Positions 1-13,431 are shown, counted from the first letter of the stretch. The stretch is DNA of 64,000 bases from Mytilus edulis (GCF_963676685.1 NC_092352.1:80848001-80912000), one strand, 5' to 3'. The notes: generated by a model not told the origin, from the sequence alone. Made by a program: numbers and translations.

Positions 1-562
1 TTCATATTACAATCATTCCATACACAATAAAAAGCTGACCTATTGTATTTGAAGGTATGGTCGGGCACCTACAAAGATGTTGAAACACGCCATAAATTGT
101 TAGTTTCATAAGTCAAGAAACCTGTTATTCTAGGATTGTCATTTGTTGAAAATCAATTTGTTTTAACCATAAGTCAGGCAGTGAATTTTCTTGTTTTCCA
201 TTTTTCATTTTTGGGCCATTTATAGCTTGATATGCAGTATGGGTTTTCTTTATTGTTAAAGGCCATATGATGACCTATAGGTGCTAAGATCTTCAGACAT
301 TTGGGAGTTGTCTCATTGGCAATGCTATCATACCACATTCTTCATATTTTCATACAAAAACTGACAACATTCACAAATGAACCATGGAAATAAGGTAAAA
401 ATGAAAGAAACCTGCGGACTGACATGTACATATTACAATCATTAATGTACGTCCACTCTGGGTCAAAACTTCTATTGGCCATATCTTAATAATCACATTA
501 TAACAAACATGTGCCCACTATAAGCTTTCAAGTTATGTGACCATGACTTCATGGTTATCTAC

Positions 563-925
563 ATTAAACCAAGTATTTAATCTGAAATTGATTGGAAAAA
601 TTAACAAACAGATGAATGGACACACAAACTGGAAAACAATAAAGCTTCATAATTCATAGACATTGAACAAAATGACATTCCAACCTATATAATCACCTCT
701 TTAGATACTTGATCCCATAACAGGAGTTTTGATATAAAGGTTATCTAAATTAAACCAAGTATTTAATCTGATATTGATTGGAAAAATTAACAAACAGATG
801 AATGGACGCACAAACAGGAAAACAATAACCTTCGTAATTCATAGACATAGAACAAAATGACATTCCAACCTATATAATCACCTCTAAAGATACTTGATTC
901 CATAACAGGAGTTTTGATATAAAGG
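563..925. repeat. Tandem duplication, 2 x ~187 bp
   Basis: ATTAAACCAAGTATTTAATCTGA...GGAGTTTTGATATAAAGG occurs at ~563 and again at ~750 with few substitutions. Confidence 0.9.
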
Positions 926-1787
926 AACGTTGAACACAATAACAAGGAATTAAACAAATACAAAATATATTTTATATAATAGCAACATAAACATGAAACA
1001 ATTAGAACAACATATCTCCACATAATGGTAACAATTGATGAACATTTGTATAATTTATTAAACAATTTCTTTAAAACACAACTTTGAAAAATGTGATCCT
1101 AGTACCAGTACCAATATTTAAATTAACATCAGTTTTAAATTATCATTTTTACAAATGCTGTCTTCAAACTTTTACCCGACTTCAGATTCTTGTTACACTT
1201 GACTAGGTCTGGCTTCCAAAACTTCAGAAAAAAAATGCACCTCTAAACCTTAAATTTCTGAAGATGTTAAATGTAAATTAAATAAATGGAATGTGTCCAT
1301 GGGACACAGATGATGCCCCTGCTTGCTTATAAAGTTATAAAAGGACAATTAACTCAAGAACAATAAAAGTGATGCTACCCAAATTAATACTTGATCTGAG
1401 AGTTGTGGTAATAATCATTGTGTAGAAGTTTCATAACATTTGGTTTATAAGGAGAACAGAAACGAAAATTCAGCAATTTTTCCAATTGTAAAGGGCATAA
1501 CTATTGAAAGGTGAAAGTAATGCCACCCAAAAATTTGATCTGTGTTTTTTGGTAATAAGTATTGTGAATAATTTTTAAAACAATTGGTTTAGGCAAACTT
1601 AAGTTAGAGAAAGATAACTTATTTCCAGACATACAGATGGACAAGGGTAAAACTTAATGCCCCTCTGCTTCGGCTTGGGCATAAATAAAATGTTCACAAT
1701 TTAGTTGTGCTACTAACATTTTTTTCCACAAGAGAGTTCAAACTGACATGTCTTCCCTGCCTTACTGATCATTATTTCAGCTTAATC

Positions 1788-1937
1788 ATAGGCGGATTTA
1801 GGGGGGGCCTGGGCCCCCCCTTTTTGGGAAAAAATTTTGTTGCTTATACAGGGAATCACTGAAGCATGACTGGAGCGGGCCCCCTCTTAGGTCAGTCAGT
1901 GGGCCCCCACTTATGAAAATTTCTGGATCCGCCACTG
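1788..1937. mobile_element. Short GC-rich MITE-like element
   Basis: Imperfect terminal inverted repeats (AGGCGGATT... / ...GGATCCGCCACTG); a related reverse fragment lies at ~17600-17690. Confidence 0.6.
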
Positions 1938-2508
1938 TTAATAATAAGAATCTTTGAGATCAAGGTTCTACTACATGTATCACAAAACAATACAAAGATC
2001 CATGAATTAAAATGTGGCAATTTAGGTCAGAAGAACTTGGTTACACAGATATGTATTCCTATATATTACCCAATACAATAGATGATATAGTGGACTAATA
2101 TCTAATAATGAAAATTTGTTGACCAAAGAATCAAGGTGCATACAATTAGCTAACGCTGCATGTCCATGCCAAATAAGTATTCATTTGTGTTGTTTTAGTG
2201 AATATATTTATGCAGGCAGATCAATAAATCCTCTTTATAATCCAATTAAATCATATTTTTAAAATGCTTTAAACTGACATATATATTTTAATTTCTGGAA
2301 TATTACAGTTCTTTTTTGATATGATATAATCATAGAAATTTTCAGGCAATAACTTAATGCCTAGGCATTAGCTTATTACCTAGTATTTAAGCTTAATGCC
2401 TAATTTCACTTTTTCCCGCTAACATATATATATATAATATACCTAATGTATAGTCTGTCACTATGTTACATACATGACATTAATCTAGTACACTTCCTCA
2501 ATAACATA

Positions 2509-2680
2509 CTGTAAGTTCAGAAATTAATGCAAGGTTTTTATTATTGCCAAAAATGCGAGAGTTATAAACTCAATAAATTAAACTCACATTTTGAAATATC
2601 TTATATGAATTTAACTGGATTTTTCTCAAAATCGTCAAAATTAAAATCACAATAATTAATGCACTTAACAATTTATACAG
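2509..2680. mobile_element. Tc1/mariner-type MITE
   Basis: TA|CTGTA...TACAG|TA ends with short TIRs. Confidence 0.5.
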
Positions 2681-3972
2681 TAGTATATCATACAAAGCAG
2701 TTGAAATATATTCCATAATACATTTTTAGTCGGCAATGTGTTTAAAAGATCATTTTTTTTTTTATTTATCATTATTCTTTGTTTGCCTCATATATGTTTA
2801 TACTGGATTCCGGAATGACGTAACAAAAACAAAAACACTTATATTGGATTTCAACATAGCGTTCTGAAAATTATAACATAATTATAGCTGTCACTTTCAA
2901 TTTTACATACGGGTATATATTTTGGAATTAAATTTGTATACAATAAAAATATCAGTTTTTACAATATGCATGTACATATTTATCTCTACCATACATTAAA
3001 TCTGCAAGGAGACAAAAAAAAATACAAAACTAAATCTGAAATGAAAATTCTTTGAAAAATCAAGGTGACTTCTTTAATAACATGTACCTTGTAAAGATTT
3101 ACTTAAATGAATTATAGGACTTGCCCTTTTCAGTGATAATTTTGAAAGCTGTTTACTGCCAAAATATTTGCAACTCCATAATTGACTTTGTTTTAAGAAG
3201 ATAGATATGAGGGTAGGAATTCCCTTTACCATCAGCCTCAGTCATTTTTGGCTATGGTTAGCATCAAATTGGTTAAGATTTTACCGTGATTTGTCAGAGG
3301 TTTCGAATAATTAAAGGTTACTATTATTTTTGGAAACAATCTAATGTGAGTTGTCATTAGCATTTGATTTTTTTTAAGGAAGTGTACATTTTATCGCCAT
3401 GTACAAAAAATTTTCAGTAATGTCATTTTGCAAGATTTTTTATCGTTATTCGTCATGTAGGTTTGCCAATTACAGCCCTCATACATTGTCATATATCTCA
3501 ATGCAATGTTAAATAGCGTGATTGAGGGACTATACATATATTTAAATAATAGATAGTTTGAAAAGCTGTGAACATTCACAATTTTTATTTTCCTGAAAAA
3601 CTTTTTTATAACATATTTTCTAAACAGTGCAAACAATTATTCAAATGCTATATTCTAACAATTGACGTGTGAATGATTTATTTTAATTATTACTTCTGCT
3701 TAATATGTCTTTTGTTTATTCAGATATTTTCCTGAATTTGTTTTTATGATTGTTGAAAAATTAATTATTTCCATTTCACAAAATAAGAAATAATGATATT
3801 AAAATCATATTATATATATGTATAAATCATTTTTATGAAAATCTATCCTGTTGCAAAAATTCAAAATTTACAGAAACATAATGAAGTGAAATACTAGTCA
3901 ACCAATTTTCTTGATAAGCAAATTTCACAAACTGAAATTATCTAGATTCTATGTCAAACATGACAGTGATGT

Positions 3973-6900
3973 TCAATTCATATTGATCTGGCTAATATCT
4001 TTGATACTGATGACATTAGTTAAGGCTCCTGAGATTGGAATCTGTGAGACAGTTATGATTGGGGTACCAGCACTGTTAACATTGGGAGCTAGTAATGGCA
4101 AGTTGGTCATGGATACAGGTTGAACTGTTAATTTCTTCTTACTATTAGCTGTATTTGATTCAGTTTTGACAGTTCCTGTCTGTTTAATTCTCATTGAAGG
4201 TTTAGTATCTTTCACTGTACTGTTTCCTGTATTCTTCATTGATCCCATATTTAACAGAAGCTTCCTCATTTCTGCGATATCATGTGTTTCAACATGTTTT
4301 TGTAACTGGAGGCTTGTTTTGAATGTAGTTTCACAAACATTGCATATGAAATTATCCTGATGAGTTTGCTGATGACGATGTAACTTGTAGTTTGTCGGAA
4401 ACTGTTTACCACAGACATCACACGTTGGAACGCCACGTTCATGTTTACCTAAATGTCTTCTCAACAGTTCTTTATGTTTGAATTTCTTAGAACAGATATG
4501 GCATTGTTCAGATTTCTCTTTGAAATGAATTCCCCGATGCCGTTCCACATCTGGCTTGCTACGAAATGCTTTGTTACAGATAGGACAAATAAAAGGTTTC
4601 TCTCCAGTGTGTATAAGCTTGTGCCGTTTCATATTTGTATTTGATGAAAAACTCATATTACAAATTTCACACGTCACTTTGCACGGATTGGTATGTATCT
4701 TTCTATGATCTATCAAGTATCGCTCGATTTTGAAAGCTTTTCCACATATTTCACAAACGTGAGATTTTGATTCCACATGTGTAGTTTGGTGACGGCGAAG
4801 GTTTGACATGGACATGAAACTTTTGGAACAGGTTTCACAATAGAACGGTTTTTCACCAGTATGTGATCTCAAATGTATTTCCATATCACTATTAAATTCA
4901 AACCGCTTGTGACAAATTTCACATTCCAATTTCTTGTTTTGATCGTTGGTTCCATAATGTAAATTAAGGTGACGGTTCAAGTTAGAATTCCCACTTAGCA
5001 TTACTTTGCAGATTGGACATTCGCGTTTCCTCCTTCCCATTGAAGTATGAACATTTATAACATGCTCCTTCAAGTATCGTGGACAGACAAATCTTCGATT
5101 ACATTCAGGACATTCATACTTTTTCTCAACAGAATGAAGCTGCTTGTGTCTTCGTAAATTCGAGATCCTACTAAACTTCTTATTACAAAGATTACATGGA
5201 TATGGACGGATTGCCGAATGAGATTTAATATGATCTTCTAATCTAGATTTCTGAGTAAATGTTTTGTCGCAGAGGTTGCACTCATATTCTTTAGTATCTG
5301 TATGTGTAAGTTCATGCCGCATCAAATTTGCACGGAAGCTAAACTTCTTGTCGCAGTAGCTGCATTTGTATGGAATATCATTATGGAACTTGATATGCCT
5401 AGTCAGGGCCCTTTCGGTGAAGAAGTAGTTTCCACACATATCACAGAGGTACGTTTTAGACGTCTCTTCTCCTTGTGCATCTCCCTCATTGTTATATATA
5501 GAGCTATTGTCTTCATCAGTTTCAATCATTTCAAGAAAATCATCAATGTCCAAATCATTACTTTCCTTGTACTTTTCAATAACTTTTATATGTCCAGAGA
5601 CAGTCTGGCCGAGAGCAAACTTTGCAATGTACCACTGAAGGTGATTCTGTAAATAATCCCTGGAAACAAACCTTTTCTTACATTCTGTACACTGATATCT
5701 TTTTGGACCATGAAGTTGTATATGCTGTTGAAAGCCAACAACAGAAGTGAATGACTTCAAACAGACATTACACTTCAGACCTTCTCCACTGATGTTCTCT
5801 GGTGTGGTCAAGATCTTTGATTTAAGCAGATCTCTTTCACGCGTTTTACCTTTAATAGAATGTGATTTCACATGTCTCCAATAGTTGGGATAATTTGTGT
5901 AGACTTTAGTGCATTGTGAACAATTATACACCTTTTTCTCATTCAAATGTGACATGAGATGTTCTTCCAGATGCCAAGGAGACCTAAACATTTCTTCACA
6001 CGTCTGGCATTTATATCTGACATCAGACCCGTGAGATTTCACATGTTTGTACATGGATGGTTTCAAAGTGAAGGTTTTGAACAGAGACCACAAGTGTATG
6101 GTTTGATACCTTTATGTCCCCGCTTGTGAACAAACAAGGTACCAATGTTTTCCAAAGCTCTTCTGGCAGATATCACATTCAAACCGCATACCTTTCATTT
6201 CTTGTAGTGGTCTGCTGTATTTACATTTGTGCTTATCAAACAGTTTACTATTCAGGAAGGACTTTTCACACAATTTACATGTAACTGGCTTTAAACCTGT
6301 GTGTGTGTACAAATGTATATCTAAACCAACTTTATTTGTGAATTTACGTTGGCAGTTGCCATAGTTGCATGCATACAAAACCTTCGATGACCTTGCATTT
6401 TTCGATACAATCAAAGGTTGTGTCTGTTCTCGTTCAAATATTTTTCTCCTCTTTTTAGGTTTCTCCTCGTGGTAATGGTTTTTAACAGCATTTATAACGT
6501 TAGCTGTGGCTTGAAGTAGACCCGATTCTTTCAAAGGCGGTAGCTACGATATCACGAGTGGGAAGATACTCAGTTGTCTGCCCTTCTGAAGTTGTAACTA
6601 TACCTGATTTGAAATACAATCTCCTGACTGACGGTCTGCTATAAATGCACTCTCACTAGATTGTGCTAAAGAGTTCTGAAAGGAGCTCAGCAGCTCAGGG
6701 TCAATTTTACTATCATTAATATCTGTGTACATGTGTCCTTCAGTCATAATTGAACCTGAAGTGTTGTAATAATTTTGGTTATTAAATTCTGATGTAGATG
6801 GTAGCATGCCTTCATATTCCTGCGTGTTTTGTATAAATTCCATGCCACCTTCCTGCACAGACTCAGTTTGCATTGGCAGAACTTGCAATGACGGGCTACT

Positions 6901-7248
6901 AAAATTGATATTTTCATATAAGTATCAATTGTTTGCATCATCTGACTACTAGAATCATTGCAGAGTTTTGCATGTCTAAGTTGACTGTATCATCCAATAA
7001 CTGTGGTTCTTCCTTAAATGAGTCCTTCTTTGGAGACTCTGGTAAAACTATCTGCATGATCTTTTGACCATCACGATCACATACTCTTACTGGCAATATT
7101 CTGTCTCCGATTTTAATTCCTTGAATCTCTGACGAAGGACAACTAGCCTGTGATATCATCAGCTGCTGGAGAACTTCTGGATTGGATAAGACATTTTGAT
7201 GGCACTGTTGGACAAGGTCGTGTTATCTGAATTCACATCTGTCTCCAT
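3973..7248 (-). CDS. Multi-C2H2 zinc finger protein (~22 fingers, ~1092 aa once frameshifts are corrected), single coding exon
   Basis: Repeated CxxC-x12-HxxxH fingers with TGEKPF/HTGLKP linkers in ORFs 3973-6093 and 6112-6534. Upstream ORFs (6598-7159) join to ATG 7248 through single-base indels. Acceptor TTCTTTAG at 7298. Confidence 0.85.
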
Positions 7249-7440
7249 GTCTATTTCTGTAGTTGTAATACACTTCAAACTACTGTTGAATCACATCCTA
7301 AAGAAGAAGACAAATCATTATCATATTGGGTATAATCTAGTGTTTCTATATAATTTGTTGAATAAATAAACTTTACAGAAATAACACACAACATCCATTC
7401 ATAATTGACATCTCATCATGTATAGCATGTATTTTTGAAA

Positions 7441-8020
7441 CAAAGGAGTAGGGGCAATAAGGCCCTTATTTGGCCCAAAATTTACTGCAAATTTAAAAGT
7501 TGTCATACATATTTTTAAATTACTGAAAAGTATCTCAGGTAGAAGGAATTCAGAAAAACAAATAGTTTTGGACATTGAACAAGTTATCATGGCAAGAAAT
7601 TATGCTTTAATTTGCATATTTTGTAAAATTTTGTGATTTTCCTTGTTTTTCATCAAATTTTTAAGTATATTTTCGATTGGAAAAGTATGTGCGCACCAAG
7701 AAACAACTTTATATTTGGTGAGATTTTGTCAATAGTAATAATAAAGCTTCAGTTAAATTATTTTGTTGTTTCTTGGCTGCGCACGATGTTTCCACAACAG
7801 AAATTAAGATGGAAAACTGCATAAATCTGAATTTTCATCGTTTTGTGAAAACAGTACATATTATGACGTAATTGTGACGTCATCACATAAGAATCTTAAT
7901 GTTTTTCATTTATATTTCTTGACCCTATGCAATTCTAAAGATTATGTGTCAATTTGAAAAAGTTATCAAACATTTTATTTTCTTGGGCCAAAACCAGGCC
8001 TTAATGCCCCTACTCCTTTG
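7441..8020. mobile_element. MITE with ~35 bp TIRs
   Basis: CAAAGGAGTAGGGGCAATAAGGCC... / ...GGCCTTAATGCCCCTACTCCTTTG. Confidence 0.8.
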
Positions 8021-8281
8021 TAGAAATATTGTTCAATTTAAGCATTACATTTTGTAGCTTGAATTTAATTCAGAGTTACAAAGAAAGTTCATGGCTACAC
8101 TATGTACAATGGATATTTCAGCCACACAACTGCACAAGTAAAATATGAGTATTGGACAAGTGATTTTTTTTTCACAGAAAGAAACTTTAAATTCTATAAG
8201 TAATTTGTATTGCTGATCATTTTTGGTCTCCCCAGATAAAAATGCAGATGCAGTCTGCCTTTTTCAGTTTTCAAGACATTG

Positions 8282-8651
8282 AAAGCTAAGTGGCTTTCAA
8301 AGAGCCTGTGTTGCTCACCTGTTTCACTGTAATTTTGGAAATTATGTAAAATAGGGTTTAAATCATAGTAAATAGTATTTAAGATACTGATTTTGGTTTA
8401 ATTTGGCCCAGTAGTTAAATTAAAAGCAGGTCATTTTATTGTAGCCTTACAATAGTTACTGAAGACCCTTTATATCATTATTTAAATTAGCTTTCAATTG
8501 TGTGACCATTTGAAATTGATTTTTTTTTTCCAATTTTCCCTTAGCCATGTCAGCCATGTTGGTTAGAAGGCAGAATTATCAGATATATTTTTCTATTGAG
8601 ATACCCTAATGATGATTGTGGCCAAGATTGGTTAAATTTGGCCATGTAGTT
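8282..8651 (+). mobile_element. Fragment related to the Helentron/HINE-like element at 31522-33305, running into the gap
   Basis: Shares AAAGAGCCTG..GCTCACC and GATACCCyAATGATGATTGTGGCCAAG blocks with 31530-31565 and 33151-33200. Confidence 0.7.
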
Positions 8652-8751
8652 NNNNNNNNNNNNNNNNNNNNNNNNNNNNNNNNNNNNNNNNNNNNNNNNN
8701 NNNNNNNNNNNNNNNNNNNNNNNNNNNNNNNNNNNNNNNNNNNNNNNNNNN
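8652..8751. other. Assembly gap (100 N)
   Basis: Run of N. Confidence 0.99.
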
Positions 8752-8989
8752 GATGTTTGATGTATGATGAGATTGATGTATGATGAGATGGCAGTGGTTC
8801 AGATTCGATAAACTTCGGGTTTTTTTTCGCGGAAAATTACCGAATCCATAATTGGTAATACCCAGCAAACAAAATTTAACAATTATTAAAGTCATGTTAT
8901 AATTAAGGCAGTATACAATATTTAAAACTGATTGAAATAAGGAAATTAAAAAGTATAATCAATTTAACACAAACTTTTTTCCACACTCC

Positions 8990-9752
8990 AATTTAAACTG
9001 GGACAAAATGGACACACTATTCACGCTTGATACAGGTCTGAATTTGGAATGTAATTGAATATTTGACACATAATAGGTTTCTGACAGAACAACTGTAGTC
9101 AAAGAACCTAAAATTAATTATGTAATTTGAATTTATACTTATTATTTTGGTTTTGCACTTCGCTTTTGCGAACTGCCCCACCTCCTCCAATTTTTTTTTT
9201 TTAAATTTTTTTTTTTTGGGTTCATTTTGTGCAATGCACTATGCTTTTGCATATTGACCCCAACCCGAAAAAGAAAAGAAAAATGTATCCCCCACTTTTT
9301 TTGCCAAAAAAAAAAATTATATATATGAAGATTTTTTTTCTTTTTCGGAAATCTGATATGAGAAATTAAACATTTTCTTTACACATAATTTTAAAGTAGT
9401 GTAAGGGAGGTAATCAAACATGTTTGGATTACCTCAATATATTTGGAATACCTTCTTTACACTGGTTTTAAATTGTCTTAATTGGCCATTAACCAAGAAA
9501 CCCTTGTTTTCCTCTCTTTTTGCCTCTAATTCCAAAACTACAAACATGTTTATCTGTTTTTACAGTTGAGACCATAACCCCCAAATCAATCCCAAACTTT
9601 CTTTAGTGGATATAAACCTTGTGTTAAAGTTCAATTGATTTCTATTTACTTATTATCCAGAAACCATCTGTCTTCGGAGACGCCGCCGACGACGACGAGT
9701 CGACGACGCGTGATAGCCGCAATATACGACAATTTTTTTGCAGTGGTATTAA
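8990..9752 (+). mobile_element. HINE-like interspersed repeat (related copies at 34050-34887 + and ~17750-18270 -)
   Basis: Shared GGACAC..ATTCA.GCTTGATACA..TCTGAATTTGGA block, (GAC)n microsatellite and 3' TATACGA.. motif. Confidence 0.65.
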
Positions 9753-10849
9753 AAGATTTAGATTTATATACCTAAATAAATAATTGTGCATTTCTGATCA
9801 TTTAACTCTAAATAAATAATTGTACATTTCTGATCATTTAACTCTAAATAAATATCTTCAGATTACTCGCGACTGCAATTAAGATATGTTATGACCCAGT
9901 ATTTTTTCAAGGAGAACCAAATATCTGTCTGACAGAAGTATCATGACTGTTCGTTGCATTTTTTTTTTTTTTAACAATTTTGGTCAGCGATGTTATTCGA
10001 AATAGAATTTTACTTAAACATTTACGATTTTCAATCTTATTTTAAAAAGGCAAGGCACAGCAATGTTTAGTGCAAACTAACTAGTTTGTGAATTTAAATC
10101 CTTTTAAGTATATAATTCGGACTAATCTATACATAAATGTCAAATTAGTTTCGACAATTTTTACCCCGTGAGTGATCCATATACAGGAGAAAGAAGCCCC
10201 ACAGAAACAATCAAGATCCATCGTCAAAAGTAACTTTCCAGATAATGAAAAATATTCAGATATGAAACTTTCAACCTCTTACATTGATCCTAACAGACTA
10301 AACATGGGATATGGAAAAAAAATTGTTAGCAAAAATAACAGAAATCCCAAGACTGTAGACAAGATTGTATGTGAGAAGAATTAGAACGCCAGTAACAACA
10401 ACGAGAAGAATTCACAGTAAAACAATATTTGTAGTTCGAATTCTTCATTAATATAATTATATATAATAACGAGTATCGTTTTTTTGTGCTTCTGTTACAA
10501 AAAATTGTGTGGACCTTCAATAAAATCAAAGAAGAGCTCAGTAACAAATAGCATGTAAATTATCGAAGAAAATATAGACTAGAATGTATGATGCCGCGGA
10601 TAAAATAATTACTGTATGAAAAGAAAAAAAGGAACAGAGAAATAAAGAAACGAGAATTATAATGGGGAAGCCAAACTTAGAAAAACACTACTAGTACATG
10701 ACATTGAAGGGCATGAAAAGTGACATAATTTGCAACCATTTTTTGGGGAATGGTTCAACCGAGGGTTTTACGGTATGTATGTAATAATTCGCTGTCCCTC
10801 CGCAACAGATAAGTCAGTAGGGAAAATATGCCTATCGAATATATTAATA

Positions 10850-11615
10850 AACAGCAGCGCCACGAGCGCATGATACGCCAGTCAAAGAAAAAAAGTTAAA
10901 TTACTTCTCAATGTCATATTAGAAATTTATGAATATCAAAAGGAAACTCTCACCAATAGATATATTAAACAATTAACCAAAGTTTCATGAGAATTGCTGA
11001 AAGCATTTTGTAAAAAGTGTTCGAAAAACTTGAAAATCCTCCCTTTTTTAATGAATAAAACCCCAAAACTTAGAAATGCAATATTCAAAAGTTATAAAAT
11101 TCTAAAGGGAGCTCAAATCAATAGACATAAACAATTCACCAAAGTTGCATGTGAAACTGCCGAAAGCATTTTTGAGTTATTGTCCGAAAACTGGAAAACC
11201 ACCCTTATAATGAATGAATAAAACCCCATTACTCGGAAGCGTAAAATCTAAAACTTATAAAAATCGAAAGGGAGCTCGTTGTCAATAGATTTATTATCAA
11301 CAATTCATCCAAATTTCTTGCAACTTGGTGAAAGCATTCTTAAGCTATTATCTGAAAACTGGAAAATCTCCCTTTTTTTATGAAGAAACCCCCATTACTC
11401 GGAAATGTTAAAAAAATTCATATACAAAAAATCAAAAGGGAGCTCATGTCAATCTGGGAACAGTATACCTTACAATTTATATGTTCCTGTGTAAATTGAT
11501 TTAAACACTTCATCAAAGTTTTATGCAAATTGGTTATAGCATTTTTGAGTTAATGTCCGACATGTTGACGACGGACGGACGGACAGAGGTACACCATAAT
11601 ACGTCCCGTAAACGG
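10850..11615 (+). mobile_element. HINE-like element with internal tandem units and (GACG)n
   Basis: Repeated AATAAAACCCC...AAAGGGAGCTC...CAATAGA units, GACGGACGGACGGAC microsatellite, terminal CCCGTAAACGG hairpin. Confidence 0.65.
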
Positions 11616-11958
11616 TCACACGAAAAGTATGCCCCTTAATGAGGGGAATATGACCTTTATCGGGACTCCGGGTATTTTTAAGCTCGGGGATTTCGGGAGT
11701 GACTCTTTCGGGATCCGGGAATTCTTTTTTTTTTTTTACGGATTTCGGGATGTCGGGATTTATTTAATTTAAATTCGGGACCTCGGGATTTCGAGATCAG
11801 TGTTATATGTCAGTTTGGTATGGTCAAGTCGTTTTGTAAAGTTAACATACTTTTATGGGAGTTATCTCTCCTTAACCAGCCTTTGGTGTATTGATATGCG
11901 GATTGCATTCCGTATTTGTATATATGTTAGTTTATCTTGTTCTCTTGATTTATTGTTA

Positions 11959-12220
11959 GGGAGCTACCATTTGATTTTTATGGGAGAGCTAGGATGAAAA
12001 AATTTTGTCCTGCATTTTTTTTAAGTTGTAATCTCTGTCCTGCCTTTTTATTTTTCACTCTATTCGGTCCTGCCTTTTTTTACCTTAATTGTCATCCTGC
12101 CTTTTTTTTTGGCAAAGTGTCTCAACCTGCCCTTTTTTTTTACTCAAAACTCCTGTCCTGCCTATTTTTTTCAAATTTCATCCTTGCCTAGCCCACCCCC
12201 CATAAAAATGGTAGCTCCCC
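11959..12220. mobile_element. PIF/Harbinger-type MITE
   Basis: TTA target duplication on both sides; TIR GGGAGCTACCATTT / AAATGGTAGCTCCC; internal TCCTGCCTTTTT repeats. Confidence 0.8.
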
Positions 12221-12543
12221 TTACCATACCATGTGGATGTGTTTTTGAAGAATAGAAAATCATTATCATACTTAGTTTAATTACTTATGCCAGAGTAAAG
12301 CATAACATCAGGACCCCTCCTATCCCTCCTTAATATTTACGGGCTCTAATTGATCTGAATAAAATAGTCTTTTTAGACTTTAAAATATTCTTCATTCCCC
12401 TCATCATTCTCCAAATCATAGATGCTGGTTAAAGTTCGATTCTAAGTTGCAATGTGTTAACATATAGTAGTCTGGTTCGTAGTAAGTAAGTAAATTATTT
12501 ATTATATATAGTGACATATATCAGGAACATATATATTATGTTA

Positions 12544-12842
12544 GGCAGCAACCATTTGATTTTCTGGGGGGGGGGGCTATGTTTTTTTTTCTGTACAAAC
12601 TTTTTTTTTCGCCTGTGGCGAAAAACAATCTATTTTTTTCGCGACAAGTCAGTCGAAAACAATTTTTTTCTTTCAATTTTAGCATTACATATAGTGGCAG
12701 CTGAGGGTGAAACAAACATTTTTTTTTTTCTCAGAATCAAAAACAAATTATTTTTTCTCTCCAAAAACTGGAAACAAAAACAAACTTTTTTTCCAAAAAA
12801 ACATAGCCCCCCCCCCCCCCAGAAAATCAAATGGTTGCTGCC
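12544..12842. mobile_element. PIF/Harbinger-type MITE
   Basis: TTA TSD; ~45 bp near-perfect TIRs GGCAGCAACCATTTGATTTTCTG(G)nCTATGTTTT. Confidence 0.9.
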
Positions 12843-13019
12843 TTAGATATACTGTTCCCAGCATATATATATATATACTTGTTTTGCTTTGTCACGATAG
12901 TTCCACCTTTTGTCCCTTTTCTTAAACCCGAATGAATCAGAGACTGTATCTCGAGCTATGTATAGATTCTGTATAGTAACTATACAGATTAGTATTGTAG
13001 TATATAATACGTCCATGAA

Positions 13020-13370
13020 TGAATATACGTCATAATCCAAATATAGTATATTCTGATCGGCATTGTCCAATCAAACGTCCCAGTTGTGGCAAACCGCCAA
13101 AATATTTTTCTGATGCAATACACGACGTATTACTATATGCTTGCGCCAAAAAATATAAACCATCATTAAAACACAAACTAATACCAGATTAGGATATCAA
13201 ATTCATCAACCTTAATATTTTTTAAATATCTCTTATCAATTTATAGATAATCGATAAAATACTGTTTTATGTTTTCAACTCCATTTGTTTTATAACCGTT
13301 ATGCGGAAGAAGATAACCTTGACAAGGAAGTTTAGTAGCGCACCTTGCCCACAATCGTCCATTTTATGAT
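13020..13370 (+). promoter_or_regulatory. Putative ATF4 promoter
   Basis: CpG-enriched relative to flanks. Contains TACGTCA (13026), CCAAT (13067), C/EBP-like TTGTGGCAA and TTGCGCCAA, TGATGCAAT (13111), ETS-like GGAAG, CCATTTT. Confidence 0.55.
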
Positions 13371-13431
13371 ATGCCAACGTAGACAACACAGCGATAACAC
13401 ATTTCCGTGTGCCAACACGACGATATTTACG

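Noticed and set aside
3911-5652. Plus-strand ORFs overlapping the zinc-finger gene (and similar ones over ATF4 and the TRIM genes)
   Set aside because: Antisense shadows of real coding sequence with no recognisable motifs.
6070-7200. Programmed ribosomal frameshifting or RNA editing in the zinc-finger gene
   Set aside because: Seven mixed +1/-1 events, all in homopolymers with no slippery-site structure; sequencing error is far simpler.
12511-12925. Phe/Lys-rich short ORFs
   Set aside because: They derive from MITE homopolymer tracts.
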